Shown: in pieces, positions 25,093 to 38,388 of the stretch
Numbering within the stretch: the stretch's first letter is position 1
Layout of the letters: the number at the start of each line of letters is the position of its first letter
Origin: Lepidodermella squamata
Taxonomy: Eukaryota; Animalia; Gastrotricha
Assembly: GCA_047495785.1 (NCBI GenBank)
Contig: JBLDXI010000010.1
Span: forward strand, 496,001 to 560,000
Direction of reading: 5' to 3'
DNA: 64,000 bases
Notes under the pieces: model-generated
The model's database searches: none
What the model was told of the DNA's origin: nothing
What the model saw: only the letters and a program-made list of their open reading frames with translations
Translations under genes and position numbers: made by a program

Positions 25093-27099
25093 AATTTAAA
25101 TATAAAAATCTATACGAACAAATTGAACATAATTACATAAAGATAACACTGTAACACGCCCTGAGTCTAAGCTTCAGGTTGGAGGTCTTTAGGCTGATTG
25201 ATCAGATAAAACATAAGTACACGTGATATTGGACAAGGTATGGGGTATGGGAATTGAGACTTGAGAACTCAGAAAACCTGATTTCTCGATGGCTATTAGC
25301 TACTCATCGAATAATTAACAGAGTGCTGGTGTACCGAACATACGAAGGACCGGAGCTCCAAAAACCCGGTAATATAGTAATTAAATTACGAGACAGATTA
25401 AGAGGGTCAGCTGATAGGTTAACAAGATTTGACGAGTTTCCTGTGACTTGTCTCGCTAATATCTCGTATTTCGATTGCTGGAGCGGCTAGAGCTATTTAG
25501 ATACTACTTTTTTTTAGGAAAATTCTTTGTGTCCATTCTAATTGCCTGTAATCTATGTGAGTAAGGAGACAAAATGACAGCGATGTCATGTTTTAGTAAT
25601 AGAAGACAAGAGACATTTTCTAAAATCGTTTGACCGGTTACGAGACAGAAAACCACTTTTTGGAGTACTGCGAAGGACGTACGATACATACGACAAGCAC
25701 GAAGCTTGTACCTGCTCAACGCATGGCGTAGGAAGCGTGAGTAATGAGTAACATTGGTTGGTGTTTCGAGAAAATAAAGAAAGCATTAGCTAATTTCATC
25801 GTTCTTCGATGGTAAAGATGAATTAGTACGAGCATAGTCTTTCAAACATAAAAGTGATAGACACGTTTTCCCTTAGGTACTCCTTCACTAGGAGCAAGCA
25901 GTGTGCAGTGTACTTCGTTCTCAGAAACGATGGCCGGTGACGCTGTAACGAAGAGGAGATAATTTGGCTTTAGGATAAAAACGGTAATCAGTGACCACAG
26001 ACCAATATTCGAAACACGCGGGAAACGGGAACGGAAGAAGACCATTACGACTGCGACGGACAAGGATCAGCCCAGATAACACATCGACAAGACCGCCTGT
26101 TATCACCGGCTCCAAACTTTTAAATTTAAGCGCTTACCATTATTGACACAAAACTTCATTTTGAGCATGAACATAACTAAAAAAATATATTTTAAATAAA
26201 TCAACCAAGAACAAATATTTTGTTTGTCGCATGCTTTCCAAAATTATGAAGCCAAAGAGTTGAGCGTTGGCTCTCGTCCAAGGCTCTGACGTTAGGCTTC
26301 AAATTTTGCTGCATATTCTACATGGAATACTTGAGCATTAGCCCGAAGCAATTTTCAATCAAAAGTACATGTTGAAAGTGCACGAGGCGATGATCAACTT
26401 CGTCGTCCTGCCAGCCCTCTTATCTTGTGGGGGATCCCCATGGAAACTCTAACTTCGATTTCGAGAAGCATATCCTAACACCGTATTGAATTGCGCTAAA
26501 CATCATGAATGTGAATCCACTGAGATCTATCACGTTTCCGGAAATCTCATTTTGGCCCTTGCGTCTATTGCGACCAGGTTCTGGTATTTCCATTCGAGAT
26601 GTCTACGGTCACATTTTTGGCGATAATTTCCGCGGGATTAGTTTGAGTTTTATCCCGTTTGGCAAATGGCAGACACGGAAAACTCACATCCATTGAGGAG
26701 GTTTACCCTAGTTTCCGCTAAATGGCGCTAACAGAGTGCGCAACATGAGTGCGATCGGATCGCCGGCGCAGATAGAAGAGCGCCTGGACGCCATAAGGCC
26801 GCCCAATTTTCTACTTTTTGGTCATGTTCTTGGGCATGCTAACTAAGTCCATTATCGTTGTTTTTCATTATTATCGTGATTATATTGGAACTATAAAGGT
26901 GCAGCAAAGTTATTAGATTTGACGAAATTTGTTTGAAAATGCTCATGTCTGCGCCCACGGGAAATGATTAGTGGCGAAAATCAGAATATTATATCCAGAA
27001 AGTTAAGTTTTAGAAGACCTAGAGATTCATTTTTGTTCAAGTTCCTAATTGTTATAGTCTCGATTCTTCGATTCTACGAAGAATGCCTTGGAAAAATGT

Positions 27100-27230
27100 A
27101 GCGCTAATGGGATTAGCGGAAACTTCCTCAGCGGAAATGCCTCAGGGCGGAAAATAATTTGGCGGAAAAATCACTTTGCGGAAAATGATGCTGGCGTAAA
27201 AGTTTTAGCGGAAATGCAAAAGCGGAAAGC
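27100..27230 (+). repeat. Degenerate 14-16 bp periodic array of gcggaaa cores
   Basis: Cores at 27116, 27131, 27147, 27162, 27178, 27194 (gcgtaaa), 27208 and 27222. Confidence 0.75.
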
Positions 27231-27888
27231 AGAGGTCACGTCGAGGAGCGTAAAATTAATAAGCGATAGCTATGGACACCCGAAAACCGCATTTGTAATC
27301 ATTATTCCCTCATTTTGACTTACGAAAACTATTTTCTAGCCGAATTATTCTGTTCGGATGTAGAATGTAGAACTGAAGAAACTTATCTTAAAAGAAAAAA
27401 GCTTTCACTACATAGTACTACATATTCATTTGCACAGCTCGAACAGCTTGAACAGTTGAGCTAATCCATTGCCTTTTCAACAGCTGAGCTTTCCAATTTA
27501 TGTCGAATCTGATGAATGAATAAATGGAATGGCAGTACAAACTATTAGGAACTCCGATTTACCATCTTATAAACAGCTTACGACTCCAATTAACGTTCAC
27601 AATCACATTCCAAGTATGGAAATATCTTGAATTGAACGACGATGAAATGTGGAAACATAAGGTAAAAAACCTCATTTCCTGACATTGAACAACTCATTAA
27701 ATTGATTCCGTGAAATATTCAATTTGAAACCGAAAAATCCTCCAGGCTAAAGAAACACGGCCATAATCAATTATTCCCGTCGCTCAAAAAGACAGAAGAA
27801 GTAGAAAGCCACCGATTGATTCAATTTTATTACTGAGTTGTGTGTATACAAACGAAAAAACGAAGTATCAAGAAAAACGCGTAGTCTC

Positions 27889-30210
27889 TCAGTCCCACAG
27901 CTTGATAAGGCCGTCCCAGCCACAGGTCAACAACTTGGAGGTCTCGTGCGGGTGCCACAACACGCCCATGCACACATTTTCATGCGCCTTCCACTTGCCA
28001 AAACACCGGGTCGTCTTCCAGTCCCAGATGAAGACCTTCCCGTCAGCATCAGCCGACGCTAAATAGCTCATATCGGGCGAGAAGTCGATCATACACGCGT
28101 AACCAGCCACACTGTGACCGCGGAAGGTTTTCTTCCGCATCTGGCGGAAATTCGCCAGCACGTTATAAACTGTCACGGTGTTATCCATCGACTGGCAAGC
28201 CATGAATTTGCCACCGGGCGAGACACACGTCGTCGGAATCGCGTGCATCGAAGGATCGGCGAGATATTTGAAGTCGACGGGAATGTCCCACTCCCAGACG
28301 CGAATTGTTTTATCGTCCGAGGTCGTGACAAATCGACGATTTTTATCGATAAAAGTAACGGTATTCACCGGGCCGAGATGCCGGTCGTATTCCTGGCAGA
28401 CTTGATTACTTCTCGTGTCCCAACACACCACCTTCTTATTTTGCTGGCCCGATAGGAAAAAGTGTTGCTTATTCGGGTCAGGGTTGAATCTGACGCAGTA
28501 TGGCACGGATTTGGTCGAGAAGCGGTGAATGCATTGGCCGGTTTCAGTGTCCCACAATTTCGCCCAGCGGTCGTAACTCGCAGAAATAAAACGACTGCCG
28601 TCGTTATTGAAGCAAACATCTCGAACGCCCAACGCGTGGCCCATATAAGTTCGAACACATCGTCGCTCGTTATACATTTCCCAGAGCTAAAAAATAAATT
28701 GAATGAAATTAAAACATAATTCTAAGCTCAGAAATATCAACCACGAGTCCTCAAAAGCTCTTCTTAACCACTATTATTTTCTCCACACAATCAGTTAAGA
28801 ATTGTTGCGAATACAAATATTCAAATCATCTCAGCTAGAGCTGGGACCAACCAACGGTAAAAGCCATAAATCAAAATTCTGAGATTTTTGTGATTATTGA
28901 CCGAGAAATCTCATAATTTACCTAAATGTTTTGAGAAAAATTGCGAAAATTTAGATCGACTTGGAAATTTCCTTGGGGTTTTTGCTTCTCAGGCTATTCC
29001 AAGGTCTGAAACTTGGCATTCATTACAGGATGCTTCATGGATGATTGCGATGATCGGCAAACTTCAGCTCGTTAGTTACTCCCTTTTGAATTTCAATTCA
29101 TCATTACTCAATTTTCAAGGCTCATTTGGCTTGCAAATGTTCAAACAAACCTTGATTTTCGAATCCATGCCACCAGTGAGGAATAAATGGCCGAATTTCG
29201 GAAACCAACGCATCACCTGGACGCCCTTTGTGTGACCCTGCCAAGTATGAATATGCTTCTTCGGCAGAAAGCATCGCTCAGGAGGATATTCGGAGCGCAA
29301 ATTAACGCCGACATCTTGTGGCGGGTGTAGAAAACTTCGACCTTGGTAATCAATCGGGTTCGCAAGGTGAAGCACTGATTTCTCGTCGACGGTTTTCATC
29401 TCTTCCTCCTGTTTATTTGGCTCATTGCTCTTCTTGACCTTGGTCCGCTGAGCATGATACTCATCCAGCCACTTTTGGTCTTCCTGTAAAAAGATGAAGG
29501 AAATGTTTGAAACAATAAGGACGACAAATGACGACTCACCTCATCAGGAACAGCAATGGCCTTCTCGTTCTCATATTTAGCCCATGGGCCTGCGTAATTA
29601 CTCACGTCACCAGGGTCGTCATTTTTGATACGCTTCCTCTTCTGGGTTTTGGGAGCTTTCGTTTCGAAAATACCTTGACCTTTCGTCTCCGAGTAAGCTT
29701 CCAAATCGCCGACGATTTCATTGCCCCCAGCGTCTTCTGACGGATCGACAGCGTAACCGAGGGTGTGGAAAGTTTTTCGCTGGTTATCGAAGTGAAACTC
29801 GCTAACATGAACCGGTTCCACGTAGCCGGTTGCAGTGTTCTTAGCAGTTTTCTGTCCAGATGTTTTATAAGGATGCTCAGGCCCCACCTGAAAGCATGGA
29901 AAGGCTCAGAAATGGGAAACCTTGTATAGCACGGATTTTACCTCAGGTGCGTAGAGCTCTTCGAATTTAGGATTGTAAATGACCTCTTTTCCTTTGTTCT
30001 TGGAATTTTCAACAACAACAGCGACTTGCTTCATCACATCTTGCTGAAATTAAACGAATGTTCGAGAATGAGTAGGTTTGCAGCTTTCTTTGATCTTACC
30101 TTGACAGCGACAACTGGAGCTATATCCACTTGCTTAAGGCGAGGAATTGCTGTCGATGTACTCGGCTCGTCATCTGATCCACCCTCCGAATCGGAATAAT
30201 TAACAATCAT
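27889..30210 (-). CDS. CDC40: Pre-mRNA processing factor 17 (WD40). Exons 30210-30100, 30043-29942, 29887-29540, 29483-29151, 28686-27889
   Basis: YNPKFEELYAP, DYQGRSFLHPP, CFLPKKHIHTWQGH, QEYDRHLGPVN, RVWEWDIPVD and terminal CGWDGLIKLWD. All introns are GT-AG. Confidence 0.96.
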
Positions 30211-31488
30211 CTATGCAGAAACGATTACTTTTAAATAGTGCTTTGAATATTATTAGAAATTGTAAATCTTTATGCATTTCAATGATGAATGAGCTACTGT
30301 CCGAGGATAAGAATTGGTCAGCAGGGTGTTATTCTCATTCAGGAAAGATTTTTCGCGAATTGAAAAAGAGATTGAGCGATGCTGAGAAGGTCTCAAATTA
30401 CAAAACTTTGATAGAATGCTTTCACAAACGCTACAGACGACGAAAACTTCGGAAAACTCGAGTGAAACGTCGGAATAGAATGACACGTCTTTGTTGAGCC
30501 TTACTTACATTTGCACCAGGAAAGCGAGCAAATGACTCATGCCGTCAACCCCATAAAGAATTATTAGATCAATAGATTTTGAGAGCTGCTGTTTTCGGAA
30601 CAAGTGGATAATGAAGTGAAATCAAGCCATGCGAGCTCAGTAATAACTACGGTATAGAGGCTAGTATAAGCTAGTCTTAAGATCTAACAGCAGGCAATGA
30701 TAGCTCGAATTTAAATTGTCTGCAGCAATAGCATGAAGGAAAACAAGGGATTCTAGATCGACCATTTTCATTTATACATTAACGCGCAAGTTTATCATCA
30801 TAGCCCAATACAATATAAAATATAAGTTAGGCTTTAGGCAAACATGCTCGGAAGATATTCATCCGATAAAGTTTATTATCTTGTAAACTTGCTGTTAGTT
30901 TCGTGTTTCGTAATCTGGCAAAGCGTTGGAGGCCTTCGCTCCCAGTGGCAACAGCCACGAGTCGCACTTGCTAAAAAGGGAATAAGTAGATGCAATTTCA
31001 GGGAATTCCGCTTATTTCGAGCAGAAAGCTCCTTAACAACTTTGCGCTTTGCGCCTTTCGGTTAAACATTTCACATAGTTTCATTCTTAACTTATTGGAA
31101 TAAGTAAGTAACAGCAAAAAGCAGCTACGGTCTAAGGTTAAGTCTTCATTTTTCACAAAATGCACATTGGGCAAAAGCTGAGGACAAAAAAAACCAGGAT
31201 GGGATGAACTTCAGGATTCAAAAAAGTTTCTGCTAGTCTGCGCAAGAGAGAGTAGAGTGAAGACTGGGGCTGCGTTGCACGTTGCAACCACTTACCTATG
31301 AGCCACCGAATCGTCGGCGATCTCTTACTTGGACAAGATTTAGGGGTGACCGAAGCTCAGAAGCATTCCCGCCTTCTTCAAAAAGCCCAGAAAAAACATT
31401 TTATGCAGCATTTTTTACAAAAAACAAAAAACATAACAATATATATTTTTGTATCTAAAATAAGTTTATTTATCTTCCAATAAATTGT

Positions 31489-31938
31489 TTATTTGCCGCA
31501 GTTTAAAATCTGACTGAATTTTTTTCTGAGCTCGGAGGGGGCTTCTTTTTGCTTCTCCGAGGAGCGTTCTTGGCATGTAAAAAGCAATGCCCAAAGCGAT
31601 GCAATCAATTCACTTATGCTGATATGGAATGCCTTTTCTTCCATTTCACTCTTCCTTGAATCTCGATATGGCTGGCAGAAGAAAATGAGACTTTTCACCA
31701 TCTTCTGTGTGCGGCAAATCTGCTTGGCGAAGCTCCTTGCCTCTTTATCATTGATTTCAAATAATGCTGAGAGAAAAGAGAAAGGGCCGCAGAAATCAAA
31801 TTAGAATCTGATTGTTGATGAAAACTACACAATAGAACGTGTCCTCACCGCGGCACGAAATCGTTGAACACCGTTTTGACTTCATTTGGCAAATAACTTG
31901 AAGCTGCCTCCATTTTCGAAAAAGTACCATATCACCCA
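31489..31938 (-). other. Possible small spliced orphan gene or lncRNA
   Basis: A gtgagg donor near 31848 and a pyrimidine-rich ...ctctcag acceptor near 31767 join an upstream frame to the 70-aa ORF. AATAAA overlaps the stop. No recognisable homology. Confidence 0.2.
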
Positions 31939-33187
31939 TATCGATTCCATATCAGCTTTGTGACTCTGTATGAGATCATGGCATCATACTGCTGGGTAAC
32001 GCTTGTATGCGTGTGTATTCTTACTCCTGAAAGAATAGGCAGCCTTCGTCGAATTATTGACGGAAAGAGAAGCGGAAATGAGATTATCACACTCAGGCAT
32101 CTGGCGGCATCCGGCATACTACCAAAAATAGGAATCTTGTGTTTACGTTCTGGATCAAGCTTGAAAACTTGAGAATTCATATGCGATCAATCGCTTCATT
32201 TTCCGAGCGTAAAAAGTACCTATCTTACAAATCTAAATCAATTTACCTGGGAATAAAATCGCTTAGTCTCAGGCGATCGTAGCTATACACGCAGAAAACG
32301 CTCTTTGATCATAATCGTCATCGATCGAATAACTATTTACACACACTTCCAGGACAGAATACACGCACACACCGGTAAAAGGTTGGAACGAATACGCATT
32401 GCCTGAAAAGTCAATAAAATTCGATTATACATCCTTCTTCAGCGCGCAATATTTCATGCGAATTTATCAGTTTGTACATGGTAATCAGAGTACTCCTTCC
32501 TCATCTCATTTCTTTAGCTTGGCGCGCACCAGTAGGAAAGCTGCATGCATTTTTTAACGTTATTATCACATGGAGACCGACGTATAGATCCAGCGATCGA
32601 AATTTATACAAACTCACGTGTGCATATTCGATAAAAATAAAATGCTGGCTACGCCAGCACATCATGCATGTAGGCGCGCGAGATCGCTCTTAGCGATTCG
32701 CCCATTCTTCTTTCCTGTGTCTATGCCACTATAAGCGACAGTCTTTCTATACATTTCCGATTATCAATCGTATATAGCTGCGCCGTAGTGTAGTGTTCTC
32801 CCTAGTCGATCGTTCATGTGTGTCGGTGGCGCTCAGCAATTTTTGATTACATGTGCACAAGCACACATCTATGCAGACAAAATATTATTACACTGGCTGC
32901 AAGCAATTATTACATACGCGCTTCGAGAGCAGTAATAATAAAATACAATAACTGCGTATAGCAATCGCTCGTATTGTTTGTAAATGCGTGATGGGCTTTG
33001 ATGATCACAGCGACAATTTCCCTTTCAAATGATAAGTCATGCTTTCAGCATGGCGTATCGCGACAGCCTCTCTCTATATAATATTCACTGTCGCTTCAGC
33101 CCAACTTTTCCCTCAGACCGGAAATAATTCCACCGTTGATCCGTATAAATTTTTAGGGATTTATATAGTCAGAATTAAGCTACAAAA

Positions 33188-34225
33188 ATGGCATTAGGCG
33201 TACTCCCAACAATGAATTCAGAAAAAATAGGAATGGCCGCGATGACGGTGCTCATCATCCTGGCCTTTCTCTTTCAAGCTGTATGCTTCGCTTTCAACAA
33301 TTGGTACCGCATGGACATCGGTCCTTTCATGATCCGCACTGGTTTGTGGGAGATGAAAATCTACGACGATCAGAACATCACTGGTCTTGACCGGCGTCAT
33401 CATGAAAAAGCCGAATTCCGTTTCTACGACGACATTTGGAAATCGGCGATGGACAAGATGGAGAAAATGGCAAAAACCGGGCCACCGAAAAAGTCGAAGA
33501 AGGGCAAGAACAAGAAAGTACTTGATGACGACGATGATGATTCCGATGGAAGCGAAATCGAACACTTCAAAGCTGGAGAAAACTGGTTCACCCTACCTCC
33601 TCCACTGCCTGGGACGATTTGGGAGGACAGTCAGTCAAATCTCAGCTCAGCCGAGGCTATGTACTCTATGTCGTGGATGGCAACTTTCATTTTGATGTGT
33701 CTTTTCGCTTTCCATCAATTCCTGCCAAATTTTAAGGTGACTATACCTATAATGAGAATATTCTGCGCTTCGCTTTTTATAGCGGGCTTCTTCACGATAA
33801 TAGCCGTAGCTTGTTATGGAAATGCGATGCCTTCCATTTGCAAGGAACTCACTGCCGCTTATGAAAATTCGCCGAACCCGAAATTTGCCGAGGCTGCACG
33901 CATATCATCTGACTGCTCATTCAGCGGCGGATATTCGATGTCAATATTCTCAGGTATTTTCCTCATGGCAACCGGCGTCATGGCTGCTATTCGCATTCGT
34001 CAGGTTCAGCTGGGCGAGAGCTTTGACATTACTACTGCCGCTGGTACTGCCGTCAACTTTGGCAAATCATTACTAGGCGGCGCAGCTGGCCGTAGCGCCC
34101 CTCCAGCCGGAGCCCAAGGTAACTTTGATTGGAATCAACCACCCCCAGGTGCTGCTTTCTCAGCTGGCTACGACCAGGGCAACTACCAAGCCACCGGAAA
34201 CCAAAGCTGGGAACGTCTTGAGTAG
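33188..34225 (+). CDS. Claudin/PMP22-superfamily-like tetraspan membrane protein, intronless
   Basis: Four hydrophobic segments, a W...GLW motif after TM1, GYS at the start of TM4 and a Gly/Pro/Gln-rich tail. A TATA-like tatataa lies near 33075. Confidence 0.7.
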   Translation: MALGVLPTMNSEKIGMAAMTVLIILAFLFQAVCFAFNNWYRMDIGPFMIRTGLWEMKIYDDQNITGLDRRHHEKAEFRFYDDIWKSAMDKMEKMAKTGPPKKSKKGKNKKVLDDDDDDSDGSEIEHFKAGENWFTLPPPLPGTIWEDSQSNLSSAEAMYSMSWMATFILMCLFAFHQFLPNFKVTIPIMRIFCASLFIAGFFTIIAVACYGNAMPSICKELTAAYENSPNPKFAEAARISSDCSFSGGYSMSIFSGIFLMATGVMAAIRIRQVQLGESFDITTAAGTAVNFGKSLLGGAAGRSAPPAGAQGNFDWNQPPPGAAFSAGYDQGNYQATGNQSWERLE

Positions 34226-34431
34226 TAACCTCAAAAATAGGGCTCTGTTCTTCAACTTCTTCAGCCCCGATTCACATTCTTTTCTGTTGACGTCCGTACC
34301 CGGAATGATCTATAATTAGCTTGTCGATCTCTGGTTATTTCTTCGATTCTAGCGTCTCATGTTGCACAGATTCTCATTTTTTGCTTTGTTAATTTTTGTG
34401 ATGTAGTAGCCAATATTAAATGGAATAAATA

Positions 34432-35422
34432 TCAAATTCTAAGTCTTGTGTTCTCACAAAGCGCGTGAACACCCGAGGCAATAATTGTCATTAGACGGAG
34501 AGATAGCATGCGTTCGCCAGCATTTCGCAGCAACTCAAGGACAACCACGTTAGGCACCTTGAATGGGAGCACCTGCATCCAGTTCCCGTTGCGAATGAAT
34601 ATTTCAGTTTGCGTTAAATCTTTGAAAGACCCATCGCTCCTATTAAACCGGCAGTACAAAGAGTCATCAACTATTTCTGTTGTTGAGTTGTATGCATCGA
34701 CAATCAAATGGCAAGGCGAATCATTGCCGATTGTTACGTTGTAGCTTTGAACCATAGGATTTCCTCCGAAAGTAAGCCCTCGGCCCTAGAGAGTAGATTT
34801 TAGCTTGATATCTTTAGCGCTCATTATTAAGTCTTACATTGATTTGAAGGATATCTGACCCAATCGATTGAACTCCAGTTACACTAGGATCCGGAAAGTA
34901 GATCATGGACAGTGACCGCACCAAAGCCAAGCGGGATTCAGACGACAAATTGACATGCCTCGCATGAGCAAATTCGATCGGTTGATCTTCGTAGTAAAGT
35001 AAGTAGCAGAATCTTGATTGCAAAGGCACAAATTCACAGCCACCAAATTTTCCTAGCGGTTCAACGAAAATAGAGCTATTCGAAACATCTTCACCAAATC
35101 TTGGCCGTATTTCAGAAATATTTAGCGACTTGCAGTTTATTGATGATGGCTCAGTGTCGCAGGGTTGTGTCACCTTCTTATCAGAACCAGCGGGCGAGGT
35201 GTTAAAGTTGAAAGCATCGAAGTAGAATAGGTGGAAAACTGCTGGTTTGACCGGACCTTCCAACGGTTCCAATAACAGGAACTTGAAATCGTTACCCCCA
35301 CTTTTTAGGGACCATCTGTATGACGCACTAATTATACTCGGTCTAAGTGCTGTTCCAGAGCATAAAAAATGTAGCAAAATAGAAGCTACGCGGAAGATTG
35401 ACGGGCCTGAGAAAAGATGCAT
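34432..35422 (-). CDS. Kinase-less MET-like IPT3-IPT4 ectodomain protein, copy A (intact). Exons 35422-34838 and 34785-34432
   Basis: Signal peptide, WSLKSGG, VEPLGKFGGC, YFPDPSV and ILQIN|GRGL across the 52-nt phase-0 intron. Ends in a weakly hydrophobic tail with no kinase. Confidence 0.8.
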
Positions 35423-36345
35423 TTCTACCTTGGACCGAATACATGGCTAGGAAAGCGGTTACTTTGTTTATCAGCGTAACACAGAAAGCAAACAACGGTT
35501 GCCTACGCACTTACTGGCATTAAAAACGAAGGTGGGTTATCTAAATATAGCGGAATTTTCGGGCTGTGCATTGAAATCTGAGCTAGAAACTACACGAGTG
35601 CTATCAAACCTTGAGTTCGACACCTAATAACAACACGCAGCAGATTAAGTATGAAGATCCTGATAGAATTATGCCGCAGCATCAATTTTATTACTCATTT
35701 ATAATATTAGATGAATTTGTTGTGCTTAATTTCGGACTTTGAGCTTTGAGCTTCAGTAACTGGTAACTTGCGTGTTTTCATGTTCTCTCGCTCCTGAGGC
35801 CATGATGTATGACGTCATAAAGAATGATGCTGGTTCCTCTTTGCCGTCAGCTTGAGTGTTTTTTTCTGTGTGAGTCATTCTCAAACTACAGCACGAGACG
35901 ATAATTTTTTAAACGTGCTCAACAAACAGGCTTCTTAGGTGTAACAACACCTTACCTTGCGACGACTACGGCGGTAGAACCAACATCGACATCATCAAAC
36001 CGAGAGCCACTCGGCCACGACTTTATTCTTTTTCCACAAAATCACACAGTTTAACCGTGACGATTGATACAAAACAACGAAAATTTAAATACTGCCACGA
36101 TTGAACAAGCACATCAACACCTTTTTTTCTGTCAAACAGTTTTCATCTTTTTCTAAGAAAAATTAATGAATTTGGCGGTAAATATTCGCGTCATGCTTTG
36201 CTCATGATGTGATTATGAACACGAAAACAACGTAAATAGTATTTAAAACACGGGAAAGAGATGCACTGACACAGTTTAAAAAATATGACAGCATAATATG
36301 CGAGCATTTTTCACAGGCGACAAAACAAGTCCCCGTAAATCGGGC

Positions 36346-36591
36346 TCACCTGTCGATCGATTGATTATTGTTGTTAGAATCTCGCTGGGCGTGAATATTT
36401 ATAACTTGATAGCCGTTACTTTTGCTATCACTAAATGGGCTAGGGGAGGCTAATGATATATCATCATCTGTTGTCCTTATTGGAGTTAATGTGTGCGATT
36501 GATAGTTGAGATGGCCTTTAGTCGGTTTGAACCGCCTAATGCTGCCAGCAAGAGCACTGAAGTCGCTGTAGTTGGAAGAGATTGAGGACGT
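36346..36591 (-). pseudogene. Duplicated 3' fragment of the RTK3 last exon (possible new terminal exon of copy B)
   Basis: Exact copy of 38389-38634. Confidence 0.75.
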
Positions 36592-36615
36592 CCAGCGATC
36601 GAAATTTATACAAAC

Positions 36616-37465
36616 TCACGTGTGCATATTCCATAAAAATAAAATGCTGGCTACGCCAGCACACATGAAAGACCCATCGCTCCTATTAAACCGGCAGTAC
36701 AAAGAGTCATCAACTATTTCTGTTGTTGAGTTGTATGCATCGACAATCAAATGGCAAGGCGAATCATTGCCGATTGTTACGTTGTAGCTTTGAACCATAG
36801 GATTTCCTCCGAAAGTAAGCCCTCGGCCCTAGAGAGTAGATTTTAGCTTGATATCTTTAGCGCTCATTATTAAGTCTTACATTGATTTGAAGGATATCTG
36901 ACCCAATCGATTGAACTCCAGTTACACTAGGATCCGGAAAGTAGATCATGGACAGTGACCGCACCAAAGCCAAGCGGGATTCAGACGACAAATTGACATG
37001 CCTCGCATGAGCAAATTCGATCGGTTGATCTTCGTAGTAAAGTAAGTAGCAGAATCTTGATTGCAAAGGCACAAATTCACAGCCACCAAATTTTCCTAGC
37101 GGTTCAACGAAAATAGAGCTATTCGAAACATCTTCACCAAATCTTGGCCGTATTTCAGAAATATTTAGCGACTTGCAGTTTATTGATGATGGCTCAGTGT
37201 CGCAGGGTTGTGTCACCTTCTTATCAGAACCAGCGGGCGAGGTGTTAAAGTTGAAAGCATCGAAGTAGAATAGGTGGAAAACTGCTGGTTTGACCGGACC
37301 TTCCAACGGTTCCAATAACAGGAACTTGAAATCGTTACCCCCACTTTTTAGGGACCATCTGTATGACGCACTAATTATACTCGGTCTAAGTGCTGTTCCA
37401 GAGCATAAAAAATGTAGCAAAATAGAAGCTACGCGGAAGATTGACGGGCCTGAGAAAAGATGCAT
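36616..37465 (-). CDS. Kinase-less IPT ectodomain protein, copy B (new C-terminus). Exons 37465-36881 and 36828-36616; possible splice 36619-36566 extends it to 36346
   Basis: Identical to copy A up to DGSF, then reads into the insert (MCAGVASILFLWNMHT*). Confidence 0.6.
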
Positions 37466-38388
37466 TTCTACCTTGGACCGAATACATGGCTAGGAAAGCG
37501 GTTACTTTGTTTATCAGCGTAACACAGAAAGCAAACAACGGTTGCCTACGCACTTACTGGCATTAAAAACGAAGGTGGGTTATCTAAATATAGCGGAATT
37601 TTCGGGCTGTGCATTGAAATCTGAGCTAGAAACTACACGAGTGCTATCAAACCTTGAGTTCGACACCTAATAACAACACGCAGCAGATTAAGTATGAAGA
37701 TCCTGATAGAATTATGCCGCAGCATCAATTTTATTACTCATTTATAATATTAGATGAATTTGTTGTGCTTAATTTCGGACTTTGAGCTTTGAGCTTCAGT
37801 AACTGGTAACTTGCGTGTTTTCATGTTCTCTCGCTCCTGAGGCCATGATGTATGACGTCATAAAGAATGATGCTGGTTCCTCTTTGCCGTCAGCTTGAGT
37901 GTTTTTTTCTGTGTGAGTCATTCTCAAACTACAGCACGAGACGATAATTTTTTAAACGTGCTCAACAAACAGGCTTCTTAGGTGTAACAACACCTTACCT
38001 TGCGACGACTACGGCGGTAGAACCAACATCGACATCATCAAACCGAGAGCCACTCGGCCACGACTTTATTCTTTTTCCACAAAATCACACAGTTTAACCG
38101 TGACGATTGATACAAAACAACGAAAATTTAAATACTGCCACGATTGAACAAGCACATCAACACCTTTTTTTCTGTCAAACAGTTTTCATCTTTTTCTAAG
38201 AAAAATTAATGAATTTGGCGGTAAATATTCGCGTCATGCTTTGCTCATGATGTGATTATGAACACGAAAACAACGTAAATAGTATTTAAAACACGGGAAA
38301 GAGATGCACTGACACAGTTTAAAAAATATGACAGCATAATATGCGAGCATTTTTCACAGGCGACAAAACAAGTCCCCGTAAATCGGGC

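Noticed and set aside
25500-26140. Possible minus-strand gene starting ATG|gtaagc at 26140
   Set aside because: No splice combination tried gave a long or recognisable ORF. It could be a non-coding transcript, but this is unsupported.
27100-27230. Periodic array as a CRISPR-like or E2F-site cluster
   Set aside because: The context is eukaryotic, the 7-bp cores have ~8-bp spacers and there are no cas genes. The core does not fit the full GCGSSAAA E2F consensus.
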